Shown: piece by piece, positions 43,505-53,475 of the stretch
How the letters are laid out: each line of letters starts with the position of its first letter
Position numbering within the stretch: the first letter of the stretch is position 1
Source of the DNA: a virus
Length of the DNA: 64,000 bases
Reading direction: 5' to 3' (one strand)
Virus record (IMG/VR): IMGVR_UViG_3300042554_001073
Notes under the pieces: model-generated
The model's database searches: none
What the model was told of the DNA's origin: nothing
The model's input: the letters and a program-made list of their open reading frames with translations, nothing else
Position numbers and translations under genes: made by a program

Positions 43505-44695
43505 TTACAGTTTGAAACCACTAAATGTGTCCTTTTTCACATCCTGTTTGATTCCGCCTACTACATAACTTTCTACTTCTGTTTCCTGGGGAGCCACCTG
43601 GAGACCTTTAGATGAAATCCAGTGCTGTGTCCAAGGAAGTGGATTATTGTTTGCTGAAATATCGTATTGTGGTTTAAGTCCTATTGCTTTTAACCTTCTA
43701 TTGGCAATCCACTCAACGTATTGTTGAAGAAGTTTATCGTTTAGTCCAATCATGCTTCCATCTTTGAACAGATAATCTGCCCAACGCTTTTCTTCATTTA
43801 CAGCACGATCAAACATAGCATATGTCCACTCTTCCTCCTCTTTCATAATCTGTTTCATTTCTGGATCATCACCATCACGCCATTTGTTCAGAATATTCTG
43901 TGTAATGGCTAGATGTTGGTTTTCGTCTCTTGCGATGAGAGAGATGATTTTAGCGGATCCTTCCATAAGCTTAAGTTCACCAAAGGCGAAACTACAAGCA
44001 AAACTAACGTAGAAGCGAATACCTTCAAGAATGTTAACGTTTGCGATTGCTCTATAGAGTTTTCGTTTAACATCATTGATTGACTCTTTTGCGTATGTAA
44101 CTCCTTCAAGATTGTGTAACCAAGTATCAGATACACCATACTGTTGTGATGCTTGAATAAAGTCATCATATGACTCTGTAACGCTCTTAGCACGTTCCAG
44201 AATACGTTCATCGGTCACGATTTTGTCAAACACCTCACTTGGGTCAGAATACACGTTTTTAATGATGTATGTGTATGAACGTGAGTGAATCATTTCCATG
44301 AATCCCCACACTTCCATACACGCTTCCAACTCAGGAAGTGAGCAGTATGGAATAAATGCCATGCCAGGACCACGACCCTGAATAGAGTCAAGCATAATCT
44401 GATACTTCAAGTTAGAAGTATAGATGTGCTTTTGCTCTGGGCGAAGTGTTTGATAATCTCCACGGTCCTTCTGGAGGGACACCTCTTCGGGTCTCCAGAA
44501 GTATCCTAGTTGCTGAGTAGTCAGTTTATCGAATACAGGATATTTGTATGAATCATATCTCTGGACTCCCAGAGGTTTTCCAAAAAACATTGGTTGCTTT
44601 TTGGTGTTCACTTGTTCAGTGTTAAAAACTGTCATACCTTTAATCTGTGTTTGTTGGTCTTCCGTGGAAGAAATTTTAAACTGCACAGGATTCAC
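43505..44695 (-). CDS. nrdB: Ribonucleotide reductase class Ia beta subunit
   Basis: FWRPEEVSL, E.IHSRSY, EGIRFYVSFACSF, RDENQH, APQETE..SY. Confidence 0.98.
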   Translation of the reverse strand: MNPVQFKISSTEDQQTQIKGMTVFNTEQVNTKKQPMFFGKPLGVQRYDSYKYPVFDKLTTQQLGYFWRPEEVSLQKDRGDYQTLRPEQKHIYTSNLKYQIMLDSIQGRGPGMAFIPYCSLPELEACMEVWGFMEMIHSRSYTYIIKNVYSDPSEVFDKIVTDERILERAKSVTESYDDFIQASQQYGVSDTWLHNLEGVTYAKESINDVKRKLYRAIANVNILEGIRFYVSFACSFAFGELKLMEGSAKIISLIARDENQHLAITQNILNKWRDGDDPEMKQIMKEEEEWTYAMFDRAVNEEKRWADYLFKDGSMIGLNDKLLQQYVEWIANRRLKAIGLKPQYDISANNNPLPWTQHWISSKGLQVAPQETEVESYVVGGIKQDVKKDTFSGFKL

Positions 44696-46973
44696 ACTCT
44701 CCCTCCTCTACTGAACTTAACTCACTTAGCAAATTTTGAAGATTGGGTTTCTCTTCAACTACCTCATCAGTCTTAATATCATAAGTGTTTTGGTAGTAAG
44801 AAGTTTTCCACCCGTACTTGTATGTAGTCAAAAAGTCATTTGCCATGACTGAAGTTGGCACCTCATTGTTATCATAATTTTCTGGATTGTAACTCCAGTT
44901 ACCAGAAATAGCTTGGTCAAAGAACTTTTGCATCACCGCAACAATGTTAATATAACCAGTGTTACTAGGCATATCCCACAGAAGCGTATAGTTGTTCTTG
45001 AGTGTATGATACTGCGGAACAATCTGCTTGAGTGGTCCTTTTTTGGATTTCTTAATGGACAAGTAATCTCTAGGGGGTTCGATTCCATTGGTTGCGTTTG
45101 ACACAACGGAACTGCTCTCCGATGGCATCTGTGCGGACAGAGTGCTGTGTCGGAGACCATGCTCGGAGATAGATACTCTAAGAGCTTCCCAATCATGCTG
45201 ATACCTTGGAGTGCTGATTTCGTCTACATCTTTCTTGTATGTATCGATGGGCAGTATTCCATCTGCATACTTGGTGCGTCCGAAGTATTCACAATGTCCC
45301 TTTTCCTTGGCAAGTTGATTTGATGCTTTCAGTAGATAATACTGGAAAGACTCCGCAAGTCCGTGAACAGCATTCCATGCTTCTTGGTCCGCATAATTAT
45401 ATCCAAGTTTTGCCAAATAGTGTGCTAGACCAATAAACCCTATACCAAGCGAACGACGTGCCTTGGTGGCGATTTCTGCCGCTGCTACGGGGTATTTCTG
45501 ATAGTCAATCAGTTCATCCAAACCACGAACAGAAAGTTCACAAAGTTCCTCAAGTTCTTCATCCGACTTTACTTTTCCAACGTTGATAGCAGAAAGAATA
45601 CAAAGAGCAATCTCACCACTCGTATCATCAATATGTTGAATAGGATAAGTTGGTAGAGTGATTTCTTGGCACAGATTACTCATCTCAACTTTATCCTTAA
45701 AGGATGAGTGAGAATTGCAATGGTCAATATTCATGATGTAGATACGACCCGTTTCAGCCCTTTCTTTAAGAAGGCTGAGAATGAGTTCCTGCGCTTTAAT
45801 AGTCTTTTTCGGAATGGACGGATTGTTCTCATATGAAACATAGAGATCGTCAAACTCAGGGAGTCCGAAAGAATCATAAAGTCCAGGTACGTCATGGGGA
45901 CTGAAGAGAGTAACCTCTTCATCTTTGATGAATCTCTCATAGAACAACTTACTAATTTGAATAGAATAATCAAGTTTACGAACTCGATTATCTTCAGTTC
46001 CTTTGTTATTCTTGAGAACTAGAATGTCTTCGATTTCTTGGTGCCAGATTGGGAAGTGGACAGTTGCTGATCCACCTCGGATGCCATTTTGTGTGCAACA
46101 TCTGACAGTTGCCTCAAACTTTTTGAGGAAAGGGACAACACCTGTATGCTGAACTTCTCCGCCTCGGATTTTACTGTTGATGCCACGGATGCGACCTGCG
46201 TTGATGCCGATTCCTGCACGTTGTGCAACATAGCGGCCAATAGCCATATCACTGCTAAAGATGCTATCGAGGGTGTCATCAACATCAACAAGAACACAGC
46301 TTGCAAATTGTCGAAGTGGAGTTCTAACCCCCGCCATGATAGGTGTGGGAATGTTGATTTTGTGCTTTGAGATTGCGTCATAATACCTCTTGACATATGA
46401 CATTCTGGTTTCTTTTGGATACTCTGCAAAAATTGTCAGAGCAATCATCATGTACATAAACTGTGGGGTCTCATATACACCACCACTGCTTCTATCTTGC
46501 ACGAGGTACTTATCAACGACCTGACGTAGACCTGCATAAGTGAATAGCATGTCACGCTCATGATCAATCCAACCATCAGCCTTTTCAATTTCTTCTTGAG
46601 AGTATTTGTTGTAAATATCACTATCATAAACTTCTGCAGAAACACAATCAATAATGTGCTGCTCCAGAGTAGGAAGTTCTTTCATTTTTCCGTACAGTTG
46701 CTTCCGTACAGAAAACAAAAGAAGACGTGCAGCAACATACTGATAATTCGGATGATCCAAATCAATCAAGTCCGAAGCAGAACGAATCAGAATCTCTTGA
46801 ATTTCTTCAGTAGTAATTCCATTATAGAACTGAATTCCCGACTTCATTTCAACCTGACTCGCAGAGACACCCGCAAGACCCTTACATGCCTCTTCAACCA
46901 TCAAATGCATCTTGTCTAGGTCAAGAGATTCAATTCTCCCATCACGCTTTTGTACCTTTGTTCCGTTGCTCAT
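44676..46973 (-). CDS. nrdA: Ribonucleotide reductase class Ia alpha subunit
   Basis: ATP cone, PTPIMAG, QFASC, SNLCQEI, MPSESSS, C-terminal CESCAV. Confidence 0.98.
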   Translation of the reverse strand: MSNGTKVQKRDGRIESLDLDKMHLMVEEACKGLAGVSASQVEMKSGIQFYNGITTEEIQEILIRSASDLIDLDHPNYQYVAARLLLFSVRKQLYGKMKELPTLEQHIIDCVSAEVYDSDIYNKYSQEEIEKADGWIDHERDMLFTYAGLRQVVDKYLVQDRSSGGVYETPQFMYMMIALTIFAEYPKETRMSYVKRYYDAISKHKINIPTPIMAGVRTPLRQFASCVLVDVDDTLDSIFSSDMAIGRYVAQRAGIGINAGRIRGINSKIRGGEVQHTGVVPFLKKFEATVRCCTQNGIRGGSATVHFPIWHQEIEDILVLKNNKGTEDNRVRKLDYSIQISKLFYERFIKDEEVTLFSPHDVPGLYDSFGLPEFDDLYVSYENNPSIPKKTIKAQELILSLLKERAETGRIYIMNIDHCNSHSSFKDKVEMSNLCQEITLPTYPIQHIDDTSGEIALCILSAINVGKVKSDEELEELCELSVRGLDELIDYQKYPVAAAEIATKARRSLGIGFIGLAHYLAKLGYNYADQEAWNAVHGLAESFQYYLLKASNQLAKEKGHCEYFGRTKYADGILPIDTYKKDVDEISTPRYQHDWEALRVSISEHGLRHSTLSAQMPSESSSVVSNATNGIEPPRDYLSIKKSKKGPLKQIVPQYHTLKNNYTLLWDMPSNTGYINIVAVMQKFFDQAISGNWSYNPENYDNNEVPTSVMANDFLTTYKYGWKTSYYQNTYDIKTDEVVEEKPNLQNLLSELSSVEEGECESCAV

Positions 46974-47938
46974 ATTTTCTTCCAGGTAGTAAATTTAAGT
47001 TTTGCTTCTAATCCAGAGTAAGTATTTGATTCTATCACGGACTGAATATTAAGTCCAGTTAAAAACATATCATTAATGTCCTTCTCCTTTATTGAGGATG
47101 GCCAAATTACAACTTTCTCTCCACGGTCAATGGCACGGGAGATTCTTGAATGGATTTCTGCATTACGTGGTTCGTTATCATAAATCCAAACACAATCGCT
47201 AATACCGCACTTACTGACATCACCATCAGCTCCGCAAAGAGCAATCGAGTTGCGAATGAAAGTTGAGTCGAAGGGACCTTCTGTGATGTAGACAGTTTTA
47301 CTTTTTTCAATCTCATCGAGACCGTAGATTTTTGGTGCGTCATCGTTAAGCATTACAGTGATGTATTTAATCTTGCTTGGACCAAGTGCTCTGCCTTGAA
47401 ATCCGACAAGAGTATTTTGATAGAACAGGGGAATAATAATCCTAGGTTCATCTTTACTAGTATCATCGAAGACATCTTTTAAAGAATTTGTCCACGATTT
47501 AAATGTATCTGTGTAATAAAATTTATCCGGATTTAACTTTCTATTTTCTAGATATGATTTTGCGTCAGGATTTTCTGATGCTTTTGGCAAATCCAACTTT
47601 GGTTTAAACTTTGGTGCTTCAAAGTTAAATGTTGGTTCTTCGACAGTAAAGTTTCTGCCCGTCTTTCCATCCTTAAACTTCTCAAAAGTATATTGCTTAT
47701 AGATTACTGAATCTAGTTGCTTGAGAAAATTATTAAAAGAAATATTGACTCCACAGTTGTGACACTTGAAGTTTGTATTATTTTTTACTTGATATAGGTA
47801 TCCCCTTGCTTTATTCTTGTTCCTTTGCGAATCTCCGCAAATAGGGCACCTAAAGTTATAAAGATTGTTCTTTACTTTCTTGAACTTTTGGAAGCGAGAA
47901 GAAATCAAATTGATGTATTTAACATCAACAAAATCCAT
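46970..47938 (-). CDS. gp61: DNA primase
   Basis: FRCPICGDSQ, FKCHNCG, YITEGPFDS, YDNEPRN, KDINDM. Confidence 0.97.
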   Translation of the reverse strand: MDFVDVKYINLISSRFQKFKKVKNNLYNFRCPICGDSQRNKNKARGYLYQVKNNTNFKCHNCGVNISFNNFLKQLDSVIYKQYTFEKFKDGKTGRNFTVEEPTFNFEAPKFKPKLDLPKASENPDAKSYLENRKLNPDKFYYTDTFKSWTNSLKDVFDDTSKDEPRIIIPLFYQNTLVGFQGRALGPSKIKYITVMLNDDAPKIYGLDEIEKSKTVYITEGPFDSTFIRNSIALCGADGDVSKCGISDCVWIYDNEPRNAEIHSRISRAIDRGEKVVIWPSSIKEKDINDMFLTGLNIQSVIESNTYSGLEAKLKFTTWKKI

Positions 47939-47940
47939 AA

Positions 47941-48324
47941 TTAAACCTTAAAGTTTCTCTGCTCTATTATAGACGCCTGGGGTTCTGGTGTCAAGATTTC
48001 GATGACACGAGTATTGTTAACCAAAAAGGTTATACACGCAATGGCACCGATTGCCATCCATACTCTTTTCTCTATAGTCTGTACTCTCGTAACAAGTGCG
48101 TCATAATCCCTGTCAACTTTATCACGGAGTTTGTCAATCTTAACAAAGAGTAAGTTGTCAACTTCTTCTTGTTTCGTAATCCTTTGTTCATGGACGGCAA
48201 GCATTCTGCCTACATTACTATTTACCTCACTCATTTTTTCGATAGCATCATCTATCTTGACGATGATATCTTTTAAATCTTCAAGTTTTTGTTCTAGGAG
48301 AGCAACTTTAATGTCTTCTGCCAT
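47941..48324 (-). CDS. Coiled-coil protein with C-terminal TM segment
   Basis: I.K.DDAIEKM.EV...V.RMLAVHE.RI, EK..WMAIGA. Confidence 0.7.
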   Translation of the reverse strand: MAEDIKVALLEQKLEDLKDIIVKIDDAIEKMSEVNSNVGRMLAVHEQRITKQEEVDNLLFVKIDKLRDKVDRDYDALVTRVQTIEKRVWMAIGAIACITFLVNNTRVIEILTPEPQASIIEQRNFKV

Positions 48325-48529
48325 TGGAGGATTTTAGGTAGTCTAGCCAGAGTTTTCTGCTTCCACGCCCACCAGAAATATACTGTCTATTTCTCTTTCT
48401 TACAGGAGGATCATCACCAGCCTCAACACTTCCCGCAATCTTACCATGTCCCATTGCCATAGTTGGCATATCTTCGTTTAGATATGCTCTCACTGCTTCA
48501 ATAATGCGATCAATCTTCTTCTTTTCCAT
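48308..48529 (-). CDS. Hypothetical protein
   Basis: G.IAG.VEAGDDPPV, G.GSRK.WL. Confidence 0.6.
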   Translation of the reverse strand: MEKKKIDRIIEAVRAYLNEDMPTMAMGHGKIAGSVEAGDDPPVRKRNRQYISGGRGSRKLWLDYLKSSNGRRH

Positions 48530-48902
48530 TGTAGATTTTATAAAGTTCGGATAAACAATAAAGATCAACCTGAATATCATGAATATATGTTTTTGGATAT
48601 TCTGGCAGTTTACCCAAAAATATAATAAAAGTTTTCATAGAAGACCATAACTCTTTTTCTATTTTAAAAAATAGCATAGGAGTTGTTGCTTCACCGAAAA
48701 TATTATAAAGAATAATGAAGTGATTGAGAAGAAGATGGGTTTTTAATTGCCCAGTATTCTTATATCGTTTCAATAATCTTTTAATATACTTAAAGTGATT
48801 TAAGTCTTTATCAAAATCCTCTCGCGTTACTGCTTGAGGGTTTTCATAATGTTTAATTGCGAATAAGAGGAAGTTATCCTCATTCAACTCATTAAAAATC
48901 AT
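48510..48902 (-). CDS. Conserved T4-like hypothetical protein
   Basis: F.ELNE.NFLLFAIKHY.NP....EDF.KDL..FKYIKRL, LLLNH.IILYNIFG. Confidence 0.75.
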   Translation of the reverse strand: MIFNELNEDNFLLFAIKHYENPQAVTREDFDKDLNHFKYIKRLLKRYKNTGQLKTHLLLNHFIILYNIFGEATTPMLFFKIEKELWSSMKTFIIFLGKLPEYPKTYIHDIQVDLYCLSELYKIYNGKEED

Positions 48903-48908
48903 ATACTA

Positions 48909-49430
48909 TCAGGCAGGTGGGAATGTTGGAGTGTTGCCCGTAGTAATTCCTGACATAGCAACTAGAACTTCACTCTTAACTCTCAAATTACCTTCCGAAT
49001 CATTATATGTGGTAACTCCAACCCAACCTTGATGAGTCAGAGCATACGAAGTTCCCTGGGCAGCTGCGATTCCACCCTCAGCAACACCATAGACATAAGA
49101 ATCATCAGTTCCCCAAGATGCTTCACTATACTTAGAATCTAGAACAGTATACTTTGGAAGTTGAGAAACTTTGAAACTGGTTCCAGCAATAGCAACTCCA
49201 CTTAGACCAGCAGTTGATCCAATTGTAAGTTGAGTTGTGCTAGCAATGCCCACAATAACAGCATCGCCATAATAAGTTCCCGCACGATTACCAAATCTAA
49301 TTACATCACCAGTTGCCGCAGCACCAACAGTTCCAAAAGAAGTTCCAGAACCAATTACAACACCAGTGGCATAATTTAATGATACTGTACCACCAGCACC
49401 TACTGCATCGTTATTTCCCCAGAGTGCCAT
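48909..49430 (-). CDS. Late Gly/Thr-rich protein (putative virion protein)
   Basis: MALWGNND, H.GWVGVTTY.D..G.LRVKSEVLVAMS; TATAAATA upstream. Confidence 0.7.
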   Translation of the reverse strand: MALWGNNDAVGAGGTVSLNYATGVVIGSGTSFGTVGAAATGDVIRFGNRAGTYYGDAVIVGIASTTQLTIGSTAGLSGVAIAGTSFKVSQLPKYTVLDSKYSEASWGTDDSYVYGVAEGGIAAAQGTSYALTHQGWVGVTTYNDSEGNLRVKSEVLVAMSGITTGNTPTFPPA

Positions 49431-49649
49431 GTCTTTCTTCCGTAAAAAAATTATTTGCTATGAATATTTATAAAAAAGAGAGACCTTACTTTTGGTCTCT
49501 CTTATGTTTTAAAACTGTTTTTAGAAAGTGAGTTATTAAATCTAATAGACCATTTTCCTCAAATCTTTTTGTCTTAGCTAACCACTCAGATGCGGTTAAC
49601 AACAAACCAAGAACAACAGTTATTCCCCAGTTTGTAACTAAGCAAGCAA

Positions 49650-49823
49650 TCACTTACAATTCTTTAGAAGTGCAGTTCTTACTGATGCTGCGATTACATT
49701 ATCAATATCATTATCAGTAGTATTCACATAACGCTCAAGTAGTTCAACTACAAGACGCTTAGTGTGGCAAGAATTCATAGCAGCAAGGATAAGTGGTTTT
49801 ACAACCTCTACTAGTGCGCCCAT
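49650..49823 (-). CDS. 57-aa hypothetical protein
   Basis: V.VVKPL......SC..K.LVV.LL..YV..TDNDID; late-type CTAAATA upstream. Confidence 0.6.
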   Translation of the reverse strand: MGALVEVVKPLILAAMNSCHTKRLVVELLERYVNTTDNDIDNVIAASVRTALLKNCK

Positions 49824-49861
49824 GATGTCCTCCGTAAATTGGATTCAGAACTATTTAGAAA

Positions 49862-51970
49862 TCAATCAGCCTCTAAAGGAAGTTTTCCACTCTTTTGCAT
49901 CTGAAGTCTTTGCTTCTGAAGCATTTGTTGCTTTTGTTGAAGCATCTTCATATTAGCAAGTTTCTGCTTATCCATCATCTCTTTCTTCTTATCAATTCCA
50001 GATTCAGGAGAAGGTGCTTCAATTGGTAGAGCCTGTTCTGCCATTTTCTTTGCCATCTTTGTGGCAGTGGCATACATCACTTCTTTGCCACGACCAGGAT
50101 ATCTTTTTTCAAAATCAGATGCCTTATCCTTCATAGACTTGACAATTTCTTCACGCTTTTTCATTTCCATTTTAGTCAGAGTCTTTTCATCAATCTGGAA
50201 TTCTTCTTTCTTCATACGCTCTGCTTCTTTACGCTTAGCGAACTGCATATAAGTTTCACCAGGCTTTAAGCGTCTGCTGTAATCTGGTTTTGTTTGTGCT
50301 GAAGTATCTTGACCACGATTTTCTTTTGCCCTCATCTTATTTCCAGCACCACTAATCTGACGATCTTTCTTAGGATCTGGATGCCACCAGTCACCCGCTT
50401 CTTGAATCCCAATCTCTTCATTTCTAATATCAGAAAGAAGTGAATCTAACTTACTTGCCTTCTTTTTCCTAGCAGGTGCTTTTGCTTTTGGTGCTGCTGC
50501 TTTCTTAGTTGTTGCTTTTGGTTTTGATTTTGGTGGAGTTGTAGGTTCTCCCCAAGGGTCAGCAGGTTTCTCCGCTTTTTTAGGTTCTGTCTTTGGTGCC
50601 TCTACTTTCTTGGTTTCTCCACCCTCCATCTTACGAGCAACATTTCTTGCTCCTCTAGAAACTGCTCTGGCACCTTTAGCAACTACTCTCTTCAGTCCAC
50701 TCTTCAACTTTGAACCAATTCTAGAAAGAAGACCTGGTTTTGATGATCCACTATCAGATGAAGAGGATGATTTTGTAGAAGATGATGATGAACTAGATGA
50801 TGTTGAGTCGGATGAAGAAGAACCTCTTCCTTTTTCATATCCTTTACCAAACTCTCTTTTAACAGCACTAGCACCTCTAGCAATTGCTCCTGCCGCATAA
50901 CCTGCACCACGAGCAATACCTTTACCAACTTTCTTAACAGCAGACTTAACTTTTTCAAGTCTGTCGCTCTTAATTTTTGTGTCGTGTCCAAGAGTTACTT
51001 TTGCCTCATTTAATAAAGCAGAGGAAATCTCAAGAGACTCTACAAGTGTATTTTCAATATCTTCAATATCATATCCCTCTTCTAGACACTCTAAAAATAC
51101 ATCCTCAACAACTTGCTCAATTAAAGAATCGTTGAGGAAAAAGATTTCAGATTCAGACATCTCATCAAAAATGCCGTCAAAATCTTCAATCTCAACCATT
51201 TCAATTAGAGTTCCACCAATCTGCTCAACTGCTTCACCTAGGGTTGGATTAATTTTGATTTTATTTTTTACTTTCTTTTCTTTGATTGGTTTTGAATCAA
51301 TCTCATCGGTTATTACTTCAGAAAGGTCTTGTCTCCAGTTTGAGAAACCTTCTTTCATACCTTTTGATTTCTTTTTCTTCCCACCCATCTCATCTTTACC
51401 AAGTCTGCCAGCAATTACATCACCTCTAGTTATCTTATCATATGGTGGATAGTTGTTTGCTAGGTTTCCGTCATTTGGTTTTTGCGCTTCACGCTTTGCC
51501 TTAGTCTTTGCAAGGATTCTATCTCTTGCTTCTTCTTGTTCTGACTTAGGAATAGCAGTTACAGCACCAAGCCTTTCTGCAGGCTTACCTGGAACTACAG
51601 ACTCACCAAGTTCTCCCATTGCCTTTTGCTTGCGGAGTTTCTTGGGATTTTTAGTCTTATCTGCTGAGTACATATCATCATTGTCATTATCAGGATCTAC
51701 AGCACTACGGTGTCTTGTTTGTCTTTCATGATCAGGCATATTTGCACGACCACTCTTCGCTTCATCTGGAGAATAGGTCCTACCACTGTTATACCATTCT
51801 TTACCAACATGTCCTCTCTTCTTAGCATCGGCAGAAGCTTCTTTACGCTTAAGTTTTCTGCGATTTGCCTTAAAATCCTTGAGAGTCATACCCTCATCTA
51901 GTTCAAATTCTTGTGAAGCAACCTGCTCCAAATATACTTGGGAGATATCATTCAGTGGATTAATAGACAT
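49862..51970 (-). CDS. Large low-complexity putative prohead core/internal protein
   Basis: Alternating basic and acidic blocks, repeated (L/I)xE motifs, KIKINP motif, poly-Ser and Lys/Ala/Pro tracts. Confidence 0.7.
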   Translation of the reverse strand: MSINPLNDISQVYLEQVASQEFELDEGMTLKDFKANRRKLKRKEASADAKKRGHVGKEWYNSGRTYSPDEAKSGRANMPDHERQTRHRSAVDPDNDNDDMYSADKTKNPKKLRKQKAMGELGESVVPGKPAERLGAVTAIPKSEQEEARDRILAKTKAKREAQKPNDGNLANNYPPYDKITRGDVIAGRLGKDEMGGKKKKSKGMKEGFSNWRQDLSEVITDEIDSKPIKEKKVKNKIKINPTLGEAVEQIGGTLIEMVEIEDFDGIFDEMSESEIFFLNDSLIEQVVEDVFLECLEEGYDIEDIENTLVESLEISSALLNEAKVTLGHDTKIKSDRLEKVKSAVKKVGKGIARGAGYAAGAIARGASAVKREFGKGYEKGRGSSSSDSTSSSSSSSSTKSSSSSDSGSSKPGLLSRIGSKLKSGLKRVVAKGARAVSRGARNVARKMEGGETKKVEAPKTEPKKAEKPADPWGEPTTPPKSKPKATTKKAAAPKAKAPARKKKASKLDSLLSDIRNEEIGIQEAGDWWHPDPKKDRQISGAGNKMRAKENRGQDTSAQTKPDYSRRLKPGETYMQFAKRKEAERMKKEEFQIDEKTLTKMEMKKREEIVKSMKDKASDFEKRYPGRGKEVMYATATKMAKKMAEQALPIEAPSPESGIDKKKEMMDKQKLANMKMLQQKQQMLQKQRLQMQKSGKLPLEAD

Positions 51971-51980
51971 TGTAATACTA

Positions 51981-53438
51981 CTACTTCTTAACCTTATACT
52001 TATTTATGAATTCCTTAATTTGTTTATATCCACTATAAGGTTTAGCGCCATATTGAAGGTTTGTCTTGTCTCCTTTTTCAAATCCAGGAGTTACGTCAAC
52101 AGCATACTTGAAGTATCCACCAGTTCCAACCAAAGTGTTTGGTTTTCCAGGAGTTCTCATTTTCCTTTCAACTCTTTTCTCTTGATATGCTTCTCTGAAG
52201 TTCTTTGGCACATTTCTTGCTTGAGGAATAAAAGCACCATAAGGACCTACTTTTGGATCCTCTTTATCCACAAATCCATCTATATTATTATCTCTTCTAT
52301 TCACGGATTTCTTTACAAGTTTTTTTAAGTTGGTTGATGGAACTTCTGCTTCTGCTTCCATAACATCACGAATCCAAGACTTAAACATATACTCATCTTC
52401 AGTTACACAAATCAGATAGTTTGTTCCTCTACGAATAATCTCACCAACAAGACCTGTATTTAAGTTCTCTACGATATCACCAATTCTAAAGATGTTACCT
52501 TTGATATAATTTTCACGAAGAGTTTCTGCATCATACTTAGGAGCAATCTGCCACAACTCAGCAACTTTCTTCTTTTTCTTTGCACCCATTCCTTGACGAA
52601 CTGCATCAAAGAGTGCTTGAGTGTCACCATCATCCAAAGTTTTTGGTGTTCCTTTACGAAAAGATTCAAAGTCGTCTTCAATCACAGCCTTTCTCATCTT
52701 AGATGCCGACATTCCTTCTACACCTTCAGCATCAGCATCACGAACACCTGCAGAAATTACACGAATCAAATCAAACTCATAAAGGTCACCATTATACTTC
52801 TGTGCTAGATTTTCAAACTCAGATTGTCTATCAGAACCCACAACTATATTTACATTTGCATATCCAGATTCTGATGCGGCAATTAATACATTAAAGATTG
52901 ACTTCATCTCCGCATCATTAATAATGTTCTCTTCAAAATCTGGGAACATCTTTTTCATAAATGAAATCTTCATATCAGGGTCAAGAGGATTTTTCTTGGG
53001 GTCTTGTGTCCTTGAAGGATAAATCTTGAGGTCTCCACCAGTTGCTGCTTTTCTAGCTGCCTTAAGAAGTTTTTCGTGTCCTACTGTCGGTGGATTAAAA
53101 CGACCAAATGCAACAGTTAATGTATCACTATCTGTAGGAACATCAGCAGTTGGAGTTTTTGCTTTTTCTGGTGCTTTTGGTGCAGGTGCTACAGTTGGTT
53201 TTGCTTCTGGTTTTTCTGGTGCTGGTGATTTACCTACTGCACCTTTTGGTCGATCTTTACCACCTTCTACTCTTCCCTTATCATAAAATACTAGTTTTCC
53301 TTTTTCTGTTTTCGCAACAAATTCTCCACGGGCGTCTAACCAACCGCCGTGACCATCACTCTTGAGGTTTAACTTCTTCGCTTGCATAGATGCTTGCGAT
53401 TGTGTTGCCTCTGTTAGAAATTTAGAAAAACTCTTCAT
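51981..53438 (-). CDS. Cytidylyltransferase-like domain protein
   Basis: FGRFNPPTVGHEKL (HxxH-like), KKNPL, VGSDR, SASKMR; N-terminus MKSFSKFLTEA. Confidence 0.88.
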   Translation of the reverse strand: MKSFSKFLTEATQSQASMQAKKLNLKSDGHGGWLDARGEFVAKTEKGKLVFYDKGRVEGGKDRPKGAVGKSPAPEKPEAKPTVAPAPKAPEKAKTPTADVPTDSDTLTVAFGRFNPPTVGHEKLLKAARKAATGGDLKIYPSRTQDPKKNPLDPDMKISFMKKMFPDFEENIINDAEMKSIFNVLIAASESGYANVNIVVGSDRQSEFENLAQKYNGDLYEFDLIRVISAGVRDADAEGVEGMSASKMRKAVIEDDFESFRKGTPKTLDDGDTQALFDAVRQGMGAKKKKKVAELWQIAPKYDAETLRENYIKGNIFRIGDIVENLNTGLVGEIIRRGTNYLICVTEDEYMFKSWIRDVMEAEAEVPSTNLKKLVKKSVNRRDNNIDGFVDKEDPKVGPYGAFIPQARNVPKNFREAYQEKRVERKMRTPGKPNTLVGTGGYFKYAVDVTPGFEKGDKTNLQYGAKPYSGYKQIKEFINKYKVKK

Positions 53439-53475
53439 ATTGATAAATCTTATACTTTTATTTATTGATTATTAA

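Noticed and set aside
50610-51731. Antisense ORFs over the 702-aa protein
   Set aside because: Mirror of low-complexity sequence.
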